Shown here: one piece after another, positions 26,106 to 37,563 of the stretch
Layout of the letters: the number at the start of each line of letters is the position of its first letter
Position numbering within the stretch: the first letter of the stretch is position 1
Assembly: GCA_046046525.1 (NCBI GenBank)
Contig: JBJOJQ010000001.1
Coordinates: forward strand, 1-56,466
Source: Pseudomonadota bacterium
Lineage (GTDB): Bacteria; Pseudomonadota; Alphaproteobacteria; Sphingomonadales; Sphingomonadaceae
Length of the DNA stretch: 56,466 nt
Direction of reading: 5' to 3'
The notes under the pieces: model-generated
Database searches by the model: none
The model's input: the letters and a program-made list of their open reading frames with translations, nothing else
What the model was told of the DNA's origin: nothing
Position numbers and translations under genes: made by a program

Positions 26106-26789
26106 TCACCCTCTGGGCGGCGTCCCGCCACGGGCAAGGGCGACCATGTCATCATTATGGTGGATGAATTGGCCTGCATCGGCCTGTCCAGCCAGTTGGC
26201 ACAACGCCCCGGCCACTTGCGCCGCCGCGATCGAACGATAACGGGACAGGACAGCCGGCGTCAGAAAATCGGTGACCGGACTGATGGCGATGGCCAGCCG
26301 CTCCCCAAAACGCAAACGCCCCGTGCGGCGCCCCCGCAGCAGGCCGGGGCGCAGAATATCGATGCGGTCAAACCCAATATTGGCCACGCTGGCTTCGGCC
26401 TTGCCCTTGGTTGCCAGATAAAAATTGCGCGACGCAGCATGCGCGCCAACCGAAGACACCATCAGAAAATGCCGTGTCCCGGCGCCGCAGGCGGCCCGCG
26501 CGAAGGACACAAGCAGATCATGATCCACCGCGTAAAAGGCGTCTTGCGATCCGGCATCATGCAGCGTTGTGCCCAGCGTCGATATCGCAGCATCAAATTG
26601 GCTGCCGTCCAGCAAGGCGGGCCAACGGTCTGGCGGACCGACAAGATCCGAAATTTTCGGATGGGTTTTGCCCAGCGGACGCCGGCCAAGAATGACCACG
26701 GCTGATACATCCGTCCGGTCGCACAGTTGATCCACGACCTGACGGCCGACCAAACCCGTGGCGCCTGCAATGACTATCCGCAACGACAT
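26106..26789 (-). CDS. NAD(P)H-binding atypical SDR (YraR/TIP30-like)
   Basis: IAGATGLVG, LGTT...AGSQDAFYAVD, VSSVGA, YLATKG, RPGLLRG. Confidence 0.88.
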   Translation of the reverse strand: MSLRIVIAGATGLVGRQVVDQLCDRTDVSAVVILGRRPLGKTHPKISDLVGPPDRWPALLDGSQFDAAISTLGTTLHDAGSQDAFYAVDHDLLVSFARAACGAGTRHFLMVSSVGAHAASRNFYLATKGKAEASVANIGFDRIDILRPGLLRGRRTGRLRFGERLAIAISPVTDFLTPAVLSRYRSIAAAQVAGALCQLAGQADAGQFIHHNDDMVALARGGTPPRG

Positions 26790-26876
26790 TCCCCCAATGC
26801 CAAGCCTGGTGCAGAGCTAGCAGGTCACACGCAATTGGCAATGCCGGTCCGACATCCGCCGCCGGCCAGGGGCCTT

Positions 26877-28043
26877 TTAGAAATTGTCGGGCAGATCAAC
26901 CGGACCAATTATCTCCCGATATCGGGTGATCGCATAACGGTCCGTCATGCCCGCGATAAAATCGGCAATATGCCGATCCAGACCCGGCTGCGTCATCGGC
27001 GCATCGGCACGCCATTCCGGCGGCAACAGGGCGTGATCGGCGTGATAAGCACCAAAAAGGCCCGTGACGACGCGGCGACACGCCTTTGCAATCTCTAGCT
27101 GGCGGGGATGGTGATAGAGATTTGCATACATGAAGCTTTTGAGCGCGGCCTCTCCCTTTGCCAGCGGTGCTGAAAAGCCGACAAGCGCCTCTGGCGCTGC
27201 GCGGACATCATCTTGCGTTTCAATGCCATGCGCGGCAAGGCGCCGCTGCGTTTCCATGATCACGTCATTGACCATATGGCCAATTTGCGTGCGGACGAGT
27301 TCAGCGGCAAGCAAGCGCGGCTCTGCCTTGGGAAAGCGGTCGCGCACATCGGGCCAAAGATCGGCCACCAAGGGCGCTGTAACCACCTGATCAAAATCCA
27401 AAAGCCCGGCGCGCAGCCCATCATCAATATCGTGATTGTCATAAGCGATATCGTCGGCGATCGCCGCAACCTGCGCCTCCAGCGACGCCCGCTGTGTCAA
27501 ATCCAGCGCAAAGGCCTGATCCACCTCTGCCATGGCCCAGCCCGGTTCGTAAACCGGCCCATTATGCTTGGCGAGGCCTTCCAGCGTTTCCCAGCACAGA
27601 TTAAGGCCCGGCCAGCCGGGATAGACATGTTCCAGCTTGGTCAGGATCCGGAGGCTATGGCCATTATGATCAAAGCCGCCAGAGGCCGCCATGGCGGCTT
27701 CCAGCCCAGCCTCACCCGCATGGCCAAAAGGCGGGTGACCTAGATCATGCGCCAGGCACAAGGCTTCGGTCAGATCTTCGTCCAGGCCCAGCGCGCGTGC
27801 AATCGTCCGCCCGATCTGCGCCACTTCAATACTATGGGTCAGGCGGACGCGGAAATGGTCGCCATCCGGGGCAACAAAGACCTGCGTCTTGTGGCGCAAA
27901 CGGCGAAACGCAATCGAATGGATAATCCGATCCCGGTCGCGCTGAAAATCAGACCGGGGACCCCGGGCGCCGGGCGACCCTTCCAGATATTGCCGCCCAC
28001 GGCTGCGCGCGGGGTCTGCCGCATAAGGGGCCAAAGCGGCCAT
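26877..28043 (-). CDS. dgt: Deoxyguanosinetriphosphate triphosphohydrolase (HD family)
   Basis: [53 protein letters not shown]. Confidence 0.94.
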   Translation of the reverse strand: MAALAPYAADPARSRGRQYLEGSPGARGPRSDFQRDRDRIIHSIAFRRLRHKTQVFVAPDGDHFRVRLTHSIEVAQIGRTIARALGLDEDLTEALCLAHDLGHPPFGHAGEAGLEAAMAASGGFDHNGHSLRILTKLEHVYPGWPGLNLCWETLEGLAKHNGPVYEPGWAMAEVDQAFALDLTQRASLEAQVAAIADDIAYDNHDIDDGLRAGLLDFDQVVTAPLVADLWPDVRDRFPKAEPRLLAAELVRTQIGHMVNDVIMETQRRLAAHGIETQDDVRAAPEALVGFSAPLAKGEAALKSFMYANLYHHPRQLEIAKACRRVVTGLFGAYHADHALLPPEWRADAPMTQPGLDRHIADFIAGMTDRYAITRYREIIGPVDLPDNF

Positions 28044-30358
28044 CAGCCGCCGACTCGCTCAATCTCTTGGCCGGCTTCCGAGGAAAAGATCGTTGCCGCT
28101 ACGCCTTCTTTGGCCAGATCATTGACCAAATCGCGCGCGGCGCTGCTCGACCGAACCGGGCCGACCAGCAGGCGGTTGGTCCGCAGATAGGGCACAGACC
28201 AGGCCTTTTTGCCGTCCAGCACCTCAGGCGCCTTGTCCCGAATGCTGCGCCATGTGCCCGGCAGACCCGCCGAATTGGGGCCGCTGGCAATCTGCACCCA
28301 GATCCGCGCCGGGTGACGGCGCTTTTGCGCGGCCTCTTCCGCCGCCAGCCGTTCCTTTTCGGCCTTTTCAGCGCGGGCCTTTTCCTCAGCCGCGGCCTTT
28401 TTCTGCGCCGCCAGACGCAACGCCTTCATCTTGGCGGCATCCGGCAGGGCCACGGGCGTCGTTTCTTCTTCCAGGGCCAGGGTCCGCACGACATCCGCCA
28501 ACGACATGGGCGCTGTTGTGACAACCGGCGGCGGCGCCGTCCGGACAGGCACCGGCGTTGACGTGGCCGTGATCGGCGCGGCAGCGGCTCGCACCGCCGG
28601 GCTGACCTGCGCGACTTGCGGCGCGGGCGATGCCGGCGGGGTTCCCGTCGTAAAGGCCGGGGCGCGGCTGGCGCTCATGCTGCTGGGCTGCGCCGGAGCC
28701 GCTGTGTTCGGCGCTGGATTGATCATTTGGGGCGACCCCAGGCTCGGCAACTGCATTTGCGGCGCAGAGGAGGGCGGCAGCGCCGCAACACGGACCTGGG
28801 AAGCCGGTGACGGCGCTGTCGTGCCGGTCGGCACTGTGGAGGCCGCCGGGGCGGCGGGGCGCACCGCCCATTGACCAGAGGATGCCGTTGATGCGGGCGC
28901 CGCCGCTGACACGGGCGCCGGCGCCGGCGGTGCGGTGGCCGTCATCAATGGCGCGGATGCAACCGGCGTTGCGGCCTGTGGGACGACAGGTGCCGGTGAT
29001 GTGGGCGGCGGTGGTGCGGAAGCCACCATCGTCGGGGCAGCTGCGGTTCGCGCGGTCGCTGCGGCGGCGGGCGGCGGCCCGGCAGGTGTCGCGCCAGCGG
29101 CCGATTTTGATGGCAAGGCAGGGACTTCGAACAAGGCCGTTGGCGGCGCTTGCGGGGCGCTGGCCAGTTGCGCTTGGGCGGACGGGGCGGGCGTGCTGAC
29201 CGCGCTGGGTTGAACGACCACAGGAGCCGACGAGGCCGCAGTTGTCGTGGGCGTTGCAACCGGCGCTGCGGGCGTTGCCGCGGGCGGCGGCGGCGGTGCA
29301 GCGGCCAAGATGGGCTCAACGCGTGCTGCCGGCGGCGTAACCGGCACAACCATCACCCGCGCGGGTGATGCCGCGGCGGGCTGAGCGGGCGCATTTGCCG
29401 TTTTGCCGCGCGCTGCCAGCAAGGCGAGTTCACGGTCCTGCTTGGCACTGCGCCGCGCCTGTCGTGGGTCGGTGCTGGTGGCCGGCGTGCTGGGCTTGCG
29501 GTCCAGGTCTGCGGCGGCAAGGCGCGTCGCCTCTACTTGGTCCAGCGGACGAAAACCGCCTTCCTCAACCGCGACTTGCGGCGTCTGCCCAGAGGCCGGC
29601 AGTGTCCCGAAATGCACCGCATGCGCGCGCGCCGATGGGCCAAGTGCGGACAATTTCTGAAGGAAATTGACCATATATGCCGCCGTATTGGCAGGCGCGA
29701 CCATGCGGACAATACGTTCGGCGCCCGCAACATCGCCATTCATGGCCAGCACAAACGCGCGTGCGCGCCACGCGCCCTGATCATTGCGCCGCACCAGCGG
29801 ATCAAGACGGCTGAGCGCGCCATCCCGGTCCCCCGATATGCCGAGCGACAAGGCCAAGCGCCGCGTCGCTTCATCCGAGGGCAGCAGGCGCAGCGCGGTC
29901 AGATAGTCTTTCTGGGCACGCTTTGGATCGCCGGCCAGATCATAGGCCAGGCCACGATCTGCCGCGATATCCGCCTCCGGCGCGCCCAAAGCCGCGGCTT
30001 CATCAAAAAACCGCAAGGCGTCGGCAGATTTTTCCATCTGCGTCAGGCTGCTGGCAAGGCCAGCCTTTGCCCGCCAATTGCGCGGTGACAATTCCTCAGC
30101 ACGGGCGAAAAAGCCAAAGGCGGCATTGGTATCACCAATGGCAAGCGCCCCTGTGCCGGCCTGAATCAGCGCGTCAACATTATAGGGGTCTCGCGCCAAC
30201 GCCTTCAGATTGGCGGACAATTGCGCCGCAGGGTCATCCTCTACCGCGATCATCGATGCGTCGGACATGGGCGACACTTGTTGCGCCGGAAGCGCCGCAG
30301 CCGTCCCCAACAGCAGCGGCACCAGACCCAAACGCGCAAAAAATACCGGTTTGATCAT
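28043..30358 (-). CDS. Secreted TPR + low-complexity linker + C-terminal SPOR domain protein
   Basis: Signal peptide; TPR-like helices ([17 protein letters not shown]); long Pro/Ala/Thr tract; C-terminal RIWVQIASG...NRLLVGP SPOR-like fold. Confidence 0.85.
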   Translation of the reverse strand: MIKPVFFARLGLVPLLLGTAAALPAQQVSPMSDASMIAVEDDPAAQLSANLKALARDPYNVDALIQAGTGALAIGDTNAAFGFFARAEELSPRNWRAKAGLASSLTQMEKSADALRFFDEAAALGAPEADIAADRGLAYDLAGDPKRAQKDYLTALRLLPSDEATRRLALSLGISGDRDGALSRLDPLVRRNDQGAWRARAFVLAMNGDVAGAERIVRMVAPANTAAYMVNFLQKLSALGPSARAHAVHFGTLPASGQTPQVAVEEGGFRPLDQVEATRLAAADLDRKPSTPATSTDPRQARRSAKQDRELALLAARGKTANAPAQPAAASPARVMVVPVTPPAARVEPILAAAPPPPPAATPAAPVATPTTTAASSAPVVVQPSAVSTPAPSAQAQLASAPQAPPTALFEVPALPSKSAAGATPAGPPPAAAATARTAAAPTMVASAPPPPTSPAPVVPQAATPVASAPLMTATAPPAPAPVSAAAPASTASSGQWAVRPAAPAASTVPTGTTAPSPASQVRVAALPPSSAPQMQLPSLGSPQMINPAPNTAAPAQPSSMSASRAPAFTTGTPPASPAPQVAQVSPAVRAAAAPITATSTPVPVRTAPPPVVTTAPMSLADVVRTLALEEETTPVALPDAAKMKALRLAAQKKAAAEEKARAEKAEKERLAAEEAAQKRRHPARIWVQIASGPNSAGLPGTWRSIRDKAPEVLDGKKAWSVPYLRTNRLLVGPVRSSSAARDLVNDLAKEGVAATIFSSEAGQEIERVGG

Positions 30359-30405
30359 GCCCGCCTATCTAAACCGCATCAGCAAACTGACAAGGACCGG
30401 CGGCC

Positions 30406-30437
30406 AAAACCGGGCTGGACCGTTGCCCGGTCCAGCC
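30406..30437 (-). terminator. Intrinsic terminator after ftsZ
   Basis: Minus strand GGCTGGACC-GGGCAAC-GGTCCAGCC-CGGTTTT. Confidence 0.65.
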
Positions 30438-30466
30438 AGAGTGCAGCCGTCTGCCCTGAACAAGGG

Positions 30467-31942
30467 TTACTGATTATTCTGCCGGTTCAGGAATCGCGGA
30501 ATGTCGAGCGGGTCGGTCTTGGCGCTGTCATCCGCCTTGGCCGCACCGCGCGCGATGTTCGACATGCGTTCAAACAAGGTCCCGCCCAAAGGCGCAGACC
30601 GGGGCGCCGGACGCTCCGGCACAGGCGCGGGCTCTGGCGCTTCGGGCTGCCAAGAGGGTGCTGCCTCGCTTTCTGTCGGCAGCGGGTTGGGCGCCGCCGG
30701 CTCAGCAAAGGCCCCGTCGTCAAGCAACAGCTCATCCGATTCGGTCGGCGGCGTCAGCACAAGCGCGTCATCCTCAGGCGCGGGCGCGGCACTGGCAAGG
30801 TCCAGCGTATCATCTTCGGCTGATGGCGCCGGTGCGTCAAAACCCGGCTCTGGCGCGGCAGGGGCTGCCACAACCGGTTCAGCCGGGGCAGATGCCATAA
30901 GATCCGCCCGGGGTTCTTCCGGCTTGCGCGTATGCGGGAAGGAAAAGACCTGCGCCGGACGCGAATCAGACCCGGCATCAGCTTCGATCCCGGTGGCCAC
31001 CACCGACACGCGAATCCGGCCGTTCAGGCTGTCGTTAAAGGCGGAACCCCAGATGATATTGGCATCGGGATCCACCAGTTCCTTGATGTGCGACGCAGCC
31101 TCGTCCACTTCCATCAGGCGCATATCCTCGCCCCCGGTGATGGACACGATCACGCCCTTTGCACCCTTCATCGACACGCCATCGAGAAGCGGGTTCGCAA
31201 TCGCCTTTTCAGCGGCTTCGATGGCACGATTATCGCCTTCGGCTTCCCCCGTGCCCATCATCGCCTTGCCCATTTCGCTCATGACGGTGCGGACATCGGC
31301 AAAGTCGAGGTTGATCAGGCCGGGCATGACCATCAGGTCGGTGATGCCGCGCACGCCCTGCTGAAGCACTTCATCCGCCATGGCGAAGGCTTCCTTAAAG
31401 GTGGTCGACGGATTGGCGATCAGGAACAGATTCTGGTTCGGGATGACGATCAGCGTATCGACATGCTTTTGCAGCTCAGCAATGCCGGCTTCGGCCGACT
31501 TCATGCGGCGATTGCCTTCAAAGCTGAACGGCTTGGTCACAACACCCACGGTCAGGATGCCGCGATCCCGCGCGGCCTTAGCAATGACTGGTGCCGCACC
31601 CGTCCCGGTGCCGCCGCCCATGCCGGCTGCGATAAAGCACATGTGCGAGCCTTCCAAAGAGCGCTCAATCTGGTCGATCGCTTCTTCGGCTGCCGCGCGT
31701 CCGATTTCCGGGCGAGATCCGGCGCCAAGGCCCTGCGTGATTTTGAGACCCAGCTGAATACGGCGCTCTGCCGCGCTGCTGTTCAGCGCCTGCGCATCGG
31801 TATTGGCGACGATGAAGTCGACGCCCTGCACCTGGTTGGCGATCATATTGGCCACGGCGTTTCCGCCGGCACCGCCACACCCGATGACGCTGATCCGCGG
31901 TTTCAGTTCTTCAACTTCCGGTGCCATGAATTCGATCGTCAT
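30467..31942 (-). CDS. ftsZ: Cell division protein FtsZ
   Basis: [33 protein letters not shown]-terminal [13 protein letters not shown]. Start MTIEFMAP. Confidence 0.98.
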   Translation of the reverse strand: MTIEFMAPEVEELKPRISVIGCGGAGGNAVANMIANQVQGVDFIVANTDAQALNSSAAERRIQLGLKITQGLGAGSRPEIGRAAAEEAIDQIERSLEGSHMCFIAAGMGGGTGTGAAPVIAKAARDRGILTVGVVTKPFSFEGNRRMKSAEAGIAELQKHVDTLIVIPNQNLFLIANPSTTFKEAFAMADEVLQQGVRGITDLMVMPGLINLDFADVRTVMSEMGKAMMGTGEAEGDNRAIEAAEKAIANPLLDGVSMKGAKGVIVSITGGEDMRLMEVDEAASHIKELVDPDANIIWGSAFNDSLNGRIRVSVVATGIEADAGSDSRPAQVFSFPHTRKPEEPRADLMASAPAEPVVAAPAAPEPGFDAPAPSAEDDTLDLASAAPAPEDDALVLTPPTESDELLLDDGAFAEPAAPNPLPTESEAAPSWQPEAPEPAPVPERPAPRSAPLGGTLFERMSNIARGAAKADDSAKTDPLDIPRFLNRQNNQ

Positions 31943-32094
31943 TCCTGTTCCCCTGGCCAGTGTCCGACAGGCGAGGCCGCCTATTCGGACAATAGTGCAC
32001 GAAACGCACCGCAGCTTCATCCTTATGGGGAGCAGTTCGTCGCGTTTTCCGAATCACTCACCCCAATATGATGGGCCGTGCTTGCGTTTCAGCC

Positions 32095-33354
32095 TCAAAA
32101 TCCAGTTTTGAAGGCTGAAATCAGCTTTTCAAGCAGCCCGTTGCGCAAGGGGCGATTATCCTGGGGATGATGTGCTTTGATGCCGCGCACATCGATGGGA
32201 TCCGACGCTGCATAATGGATAAGACCGGCCAATGTCGCAAAGCCCGGACCGCTATGTGCGTCGGGCAAGCCAATCAGCCCGCGCGGCCGCCCAACCCGCA
32301 CAGCGCGGCCAAGAACGCCCTGGACATAGTCCGCCATGCCTTTGAGTTCTGCGCCGCCGCCCGTCAGGACAACCTGCCGGCCAACAGGGCCGGTAAAGCC
32401 CAGATCCTTCAGCGCCACGTTGATTTCGCCAACCAGATGCTCAAGCCGTTGCCGGATCACGGCAATCAACTGCGCGCGTGTGATTCGGTGGCTGTCGCCT
32501 TCATCTTCGGATGACAGCGGCGCGACTTCGATCATGTCATGATTGTCGCGCGGACTGGCCGTGGCCGAGCCATAAAAACACTTCATGCGTTCGGCCTGAT
32601 TGCGGCGCGCGCCAAAGGCCGAGGCGATATCGTCGGTAATGTCCGCCGCGCCATAAGGGATGGCGGTCAGGCCAACGAGCATGCCGCCGGCAAAAAGCGA
32701 AACATTGGTCACGCCGCCGCCAATTTCGACCAGCGCGACGCCCAATTCGCGTTCTTCTTCCGACAAAACGGCCATGCCAGTCGCCACGGGCGACGCGATG
32801 ATGGCATCCACCCCCAAATGCGCGCTGCGGACGCACAGATCAATGTTCCGCACGGGCGATTGATCGGCACAGACAACGTGAATATCGACGCCCAGACGAT
32901 CCGCATGCAGGCCCAGTGGCCGCTTCACACCCTGTAGCCCATCGAGCGTGTAGAGCGTCGGCTGCGCGTGCAGGATCATCCGCCCATCCGGGTCCAGCGA
33001 GTTGCGTCCGGCGGCGAGCAGTTCATCAATATCGCTTTGTTCGATGCGATGCCCGCCCAGTTCAACCTCGACAGACGCGATGTTGCTGACCAAACCTCCG
33101 GCGGAAAAGCCAACCCAGACATTATCGATGCTCAGCCCGGCAATCCGCTCTGCCTGTTCCACCGCTTCGCGAATCGCGCGTTCGGTGGCGTCCATATCCG
33201 CGATATAACCCCGGCGGACGCCTTTGCTTTCGCGCTGGCCGGTGCCCAGCACCTGAATATCGCCGCCATCACCGACTTCGGCGATCAGCGCAGAGATTTT
33301 CCACGACCCGATATCGAGTGCTGTAATCAGGCCGGAAGATTTGGCGACAGCCAT
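32095..33354 (-). CDS. ftsA: Cell division protein FtsA
   Basis: ALDIGSWKI, EIGGGVT, VLTGGGA, amphipathic C-terminus; between ftsQ and ftsZ. Confidence 0.96.
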   Translation of the reverse strand: MAVAKSSGLITALDIGSWKISALIAEVGDGGDIQVLGTGQRESKGVRRGYIADMDATERAIREAVEQAERIAGLSIDNVWVGFSAGGLVSNIASVEVELGGHRIEQSDIDELLAAGRNSLDPDGRMILHAQPTLYTLDGLQGVKRPLGLHADRLGVDIHVVCADQSPVRNIDLCVRSAHLGVDAIIASPVATGMAVLSEEERELGVALVEIGGGVTNVSLFAGGMLVGLTAIPYGAADITDDIASAFGARRNQAERMKCFYGSATASPRDNHDMIEVAPLSSEDEGDSHRITRAQLIAVIRQRLEHLVGEINVALKDLGFTGPVGRQVVLTGGGAELKGMADYVQGVLGRAVRVGRPRGLIGLPDAHSGPGFATLAGLIHYAASDPIDVRGIKAHHPQDNRPLRNGLLEKLISAFKTGF

Positions 33355-33366
33355 GAAACAGGTTCC

Positions 33367-34347
33367 TTATTGAGCTTTTTCGGCGGGTGGGTTGGCAGAA
33401 ACATCAGGTCCGGTGTCGGTGACATTCGCTGCCTCCCCGATATCGTCTGCCGTGCTGTTGGCAATGGGTTCAACGACATCCGGCGTGCCGCTCCGTAGAC
33501 GCACGACAAATTTAGTCGGGTCACGCATGTCAAAGCGGACAAAGCCCCGGCCCAAAAGACGTTCCGATCCGTCGATCCGCGCAAAATGTTTCAGCGCCTT
33601 GGCGGCATAGCCTTCGCCTTCGGGCAGTGACAGCACTTCCCCCGATTCAAAGCGGATGTCCCAGCGGCGATTGCCAACCCAGGTTGCGCCATCAAAATTC
33701 GGCTTCAGCGCAGGCACGGTGTCCAGCAGGCTGAACAGCCCGGCCACGCGCTGATTGGCATTGGGCCCGATGATGATCGGCAAATCGGGGATGGCGCTGG
33801 GATCCACCCGTTCCAGAATGACGCCCGTTGCATCAATGAGCACAAGTTTCTGATTATTCTGCCAGACGCCGGCGGGTTTGCGTTCAATAATGTCCACAAC
33901 CAGCGTGTCCGGCCAGCGGCGCGAAATCCGGGCATCGCCAATCCAGCCATATTGCAACAACTGGCTGCGAACCTTTTCCAGATCCACCAGCGGCATCGCA
34001 ATGGACCGCTGGTCCAGCGCAACGGCATAGACCGTCAGCGAATCCATGCGGTTCAGGCCCTTCACATCGACCCGTTTAACCTTGAAGCCGGCACGTCCGG
34101 CCATCTGGCCAAGTTCATTGCCGACCATCTGGGGAATACCGGCATAGACAGAGGCCGCCATCAGCCCACCCGTGATCGCGCAAATGGTGAGGATGGTCAG
34201 CGCGCGTTCAATCGTCTCAACCTTGAACGGGACGATCTTCCAGAAAATGTCGTTCGCCTGCTGCCACAAAGACGGCCCCTTGCGCGCGGCCCCGCGCGTC
34301 ACGGGGCGCCGCGTGGGCGCTCGCGACGGACGGGGGTTCGATGTCAC
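33367..34347 (-). CDS. ftsQ: Cell division protein FtsQ/DivIB
   Basis: TM helix, POTRA (WIGDARISRRWPDTL.V.I.ER), RRWD, DMRDP. Confidence 0.93.
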   Translation of the reverse strand: MTSNPRPSRAPTRRPVTRGAARKGPSLWQQANDIFWKIVPFKVETIERALTILTICAITGGLMAASVYAGIPQMVGNELGQMAGRAGFKVKRVDVKGLNRMDSLTVYAVALDQRSIAMPLVDLEKVRSQLLQYGWIGDARISRRWPDTLVVDIIERKPAGVWQNNQKLVLIDATGVILERVDPSAIPDLPIIIGPNANQRVAGLFSLLDTVPALKPNFDGATWVGNRRWDIRFESGEVLSLPEGEGYAAKALKHFARIDGSERLLGRGFVRFDMRDPTKFVVRLRSGTPDVVEPIANSTADDIGEAANVTDTGPDVSANPPAEKAQ

Positions 34348-35267
34348 GCCAGCGCCTCCTTGACGAGGATATCGACCAGCTCTTCATAAGAAATGCCGCA
34401 ATGGCGGGCCTGTTCCGGCACCAGGCTCAACGGCGTCATGCCCGGCTGGGTGTTGACCTCCAGCAGAAACACCCCATCCAGCCCCTGTTCATCATCCCAG
34501 CGGAAATCAGACCGCGACGCGCCTTTGCAGCCAAGCACGTGATGCGCCTGCAAGGCCCAGCCCATCATGGCCTCGGCAATGTCATCGGGAATACGCGCCG
34601 GGCAGACATGTTCGGTCATGCCCTCGGTATATTTCGCGTCGAAATCATAAAATCCGGATTTGGGCTGAAGCTCCGTCACGCACAGCGCGCGATCCCCCAG
34701 CACGGCCACCGTCAATTCCCGGCCACGAATAAAGGGTTCCGCCAACAGACTGTCGAATGTCTGCCATGGGCCGGTGGCATCCGCGCGGATCGGGTTGCCG
34801 TAATTTGACGTATCGGTGACGATGGCCACGCCCACCGATGACCCTTCATTCACCGGCTTGAGCACATAAGGCCGCGGCAGTGGATCGGCATGATACAGCG
34901 TCGCGCTGTCAACAACCAGACCGCCCGGCATCGGGATGCCATGAGGGACAAGCGCCGATTTGGTCAATTGCTTGTCGATGGCGATGACCGAAGTGGTCAG
35001 GCCCGAATGGGTATATTTGATACCCATCAGGTCCATCATGCCCTGCACCGTGCCGTCTTCGCCCGGCGACCCATGCAGCGCATTGAACACCACATCCGGC
35101 TTCACGTCCGCAAGGCGGGCGGCGATATCGCGGTCCATGTCGATCCGCGTGACACGATAGCCAACGCGTTCCAGGGCATCGGCCACGCCATTGCCAGTCA
35201 CCAGCGACACGGATCGTTCAGACGACCAACCGCCCATCAAAACAGCAACATGGACAGGGCTGGTCAT
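34344..35267 (-). CDS. ddl: D-alanine--D-alanine ligase
   Basis: MGGWSSERSVS, ALHG..GEDG, KPVNEGSSVG, LEVNTQPGMT; ATGA overlap with murB. Confidence 0.96.
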   Translation of the reverse strand: MTSPVHVAVLMGGWSSERSVSLVTGNGVADALERVGYRVTRIDMDRDIAARLADVKPDVVFNALHGSPGEDGTVQGMMDLMGIKYTHSGLTTSVIAIDKQLTKSALVPHGIPMPGGLVVDSATLYHADPLPRPYVLKPVNEGSSVGVAIVTDTSNYGNPIRADATGPWQTFDSLLAEPFIRGRELTVAVLGDRALCVTELQPKSGFYDFDAKYTEGMTEHVCPARIPDDIAEAMMGWALQAHHVLGCKGASRSDFRWDDEQGLDGVFLLEVNTQPGMTPLSLVPEQARHCGISYEELVDILVKEALA

Positions 35268-36160
35268 GCCGACTTTCCTACTCTTTGAATTTCCCATTCG
35301 AGCACAACGCCCGACTTTTCCTGAACGCGACGGCGCACCTCCTCACCCAAAGCCTCAATGTCGGTGCTTGTCGCATCGCCCAGGTTGAGGAGGAAGTTCG
35401 TATGTTTCTCAGAAACTTGTGCCCCGCCCATTGTCAAGCCACGGCAACCGGCCTCATCCACCAATTGCCAGGCCTTATGGCCATCGGGGTTCTTGAATGT
35501 TGATCCGCCGGTTTTGCTCCGCAGCGGCTGGCTGGCCTCTCGTGCGGTTGAGATGCGGTCCATTTCCGCCTGAATATCGGCGCTGGCGCCGGGGCGCCCG
35601 CGAAACCGGGCACCAACCACAATGGCGCCATCCGGCAGGTTCGAATGGCGATAGCTATAGCCCAGATCCGCCACGGACAGGGTGACTTTGCGCCCATCGC
35701 GCAACACAACATCGCAATCGACCAGAATATCCTTGACCTCGCCGCCATAGGCGCCGCCATTCATGCGGACAAAGCCGCCCACCGTTCCGGGGATTGAACG
35801 CAGAAATTCCAGGCCCGCAATGCCCTTGTCGCGGGCGGTGGAGGACACCAGGATCCCGCTGGCCCCAGCGCCGCAATCCAGCGTGACGGCATCCACCGCG
35901 CTGACCTGCGCAAAGGCCTTGCCCAAGCGCACGACAATGCCGGGCACGCCGCCATCCCGCACGATCAGGTTGGAACCAAGCCCCAGCGCCATGACGGGCA
36001 CGGACGGATCGAGTGCAGCTAGAAATGCGCACAGATCATCACAATCCGCCGGCTCAAACAGCCAGTCCGCAGCGCCCCCGGATTTAAACCAGACAAGCGG
36101 CGCCAGCGGCGCCTGCGCCGTCAATCGACCTTTGACTGCTGGCATCGCCGTCTGCGTCAA
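35264..36160 (-). CDS. murB: UDP-N-acetylmuramate dehydrogenase
   Basis: [37 protein letters not shown]; TTG start overlapping the murC stop. Confidence 0.96.
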   Translation of the reverse strand: MTQTAMPAVKGRLTAQAPLAPLVWFKSGGAADWLFEPADCDDLCAFLAALDPSVPVMALGLGSNLIVRDGGVPGIVVRLGKAFAQVSAVDAVTLDCGAGASGILVSSTARDKGIAGLEFLRSIPGTVGGFVRMNGGAYGGEVKDILVDCDVVLRDGRKVTLSVADLGYSYRHSNLPDGAIVVGARFRGRPGASADIQAEMDRISTAREASQPLRSKTGGSTFKNPDGHKAWQLVDEAGCRGLTMGGAQVSEKHTNFLLNLGDATSTDIEALGEEVRRRVQEKSGVVLEWEIQRVGKSA

Positions 36161-37563
36161 GCGCGCGCCTCCCGAATGGCATCGGCAAGACCTGCGGCCC
36201 ATTTGGTAATGTCCCCCGCGCCCAGGCAGACGACCATATCGCCGGGCTGGGCATGGACCGCGATCATTTGGGCCAGGGCCGCAGCATCCGCCACATCAGC
36301 CGCGGCGCGATGGCCGCGCGCCTTTAAGCGGGCAACCAGGGCCGCCGCGCTCACCCCGTCCAGCGGCGCTTCACCCGCGGCATAAACCGGGGTGACATAA
36401 ACAATATCCGCATCGTTAAAGCAGGAGGCAAAGTCATCCATCAAATTGCCAAGGCGCGAATAACGGTGCGGCTGGCACACAGCGATCACGCGGCCCGATG
36501 CGCCTTCGCGGGCCGCCGCCAGGACAGCGCGAATTTCAACCGGATGGTGTCCATAATCGTCAATAATGGCGATCCCATCCACCTCGCCGACCTTGGTAAA
36601 GCGCCGCTTCACCCCGCCAAATTTGGCAAAGCCGCGCTGGATATCCTCATCCGACATGCCCATTTCCAGGCCGACCGCGATTGCGGCCAGCGCATTCTGA
36701 ACATTGTGACGGCCGGGCATGGGCAATTCTATGCCCTTGATCACGCGGCTTGCCCCGTCGCGGGACCGCACGGTCACGTCAAAGCGATTGCCGCCGGGGA
36801 CGGGCGTGACATGATCCCCGCGAATATCCGCCTGCGCCGAAAAGCCATAGGTCATGATCCGGCGGTCGCGAATGCGCGGGATAATCGCCTGCACTTCGGG
36901 GTGATCCAGGCACAGGATCGCCAGCCCGTAAAAAGGGACATTCTCGATAAATTCGACAAATGCCTTTTTGACCGCGTCGAACGATCCATAATGATCAAGA
37001 TGTTCGGGATCGATATTGGTGACGACCGCAATTGTGCCGTCCAGCCGCAGGAAAGATCCGTCGCTTTCATCCGCTTCAACGACCATCCAGTCGCTGTCAC
37101 CCAACCGCGCGTTGGATCCATAGCTGTTGATGATCCCGCCATTGATCACCGTTGGATCAATGCCCCCGGCATCCAGCATTGCAGCAATCATCGACGTTGT
37201 TGTGGTTTTGCCATGCGTGCCAGCGACCGCGACCGTCGATTTCAGCCGCATCAGCTCTGCCAGCATTTCGGCGCGACGCACAATCGGCACGCGCCGTTCC
37301 AGGGCCTCTTCAACTTCCGGATTGCCGCGCCGGACCGCGGTTGAGGTCACAACCACCGCGGCATCGCCCAAATTTTCAGCCGCATGGCCGATCATCACCT
37401 TGATGCCCTTGGCCCGCAGCCCTTCAATGACATAGCCTTCGGCAATGTCCGATCCCTGCACCTGATAGCCCAGATTGTGCATCACCTCGGCAATGCCCGA
37501 CATGCCAATGCCGCCAATGCCCACGAAATGGATCGTGCCGATACTGGTCGGTACAGCCTTCAT
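36157..37563 (-). CDS. murC: UDP-N-acetylmuramate--L-alanine ligase
   Basis: [35 protein letters not shown]. Confidence 0.97.
   Translation of the reverse strand: MKAVPTSIGTIHFVGIGGIGMSGIAEVMHNLGYQVQGSDIAEGYVIEGLRAKGIKVMIGHAAENLGDAAVVVTSTAVRRGNPEVEEALERRVPIVRRAEMLAELMRLKSTVAVAGTHGKTTTTSMIAAMLDAGGIDPTVINGGIINSYGSNARLGDSDWMVVEADESDGSFLRLDGTIAVVTNIDPEHLDHYGSFDAVKKAFVEFIENVPFYGLAILCLDHPEVQAIIPRIRDRRIMTYGFSAQADIRGDHVTPVPGGNRFDVTVRSRDGASRVIKGIELPMPGRHNVQNALAAIAVGLEMGMSDEDIQRGFAKFGGVKRRFTKVGEVDGIAIIDDYGHHPVEIRAVLAAAREGASGRVIAVCQPHRYSRLGNLMDDFASCFNDADIVYVTPVYAAGEAPLDGVSAAALVARLKARGHRAAADVADAAALAQMIAVHAQPGDMVVCLGAGDITKWAAGLADAIREARA

Noticed and set aside
28500-29490. Possible tandem repeat or insertion in the SPOR gene
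   Set aside because: In-frame low-complexity Pro/Ala coding with no discrete nucleotide repeat unit or mobile-element ends.
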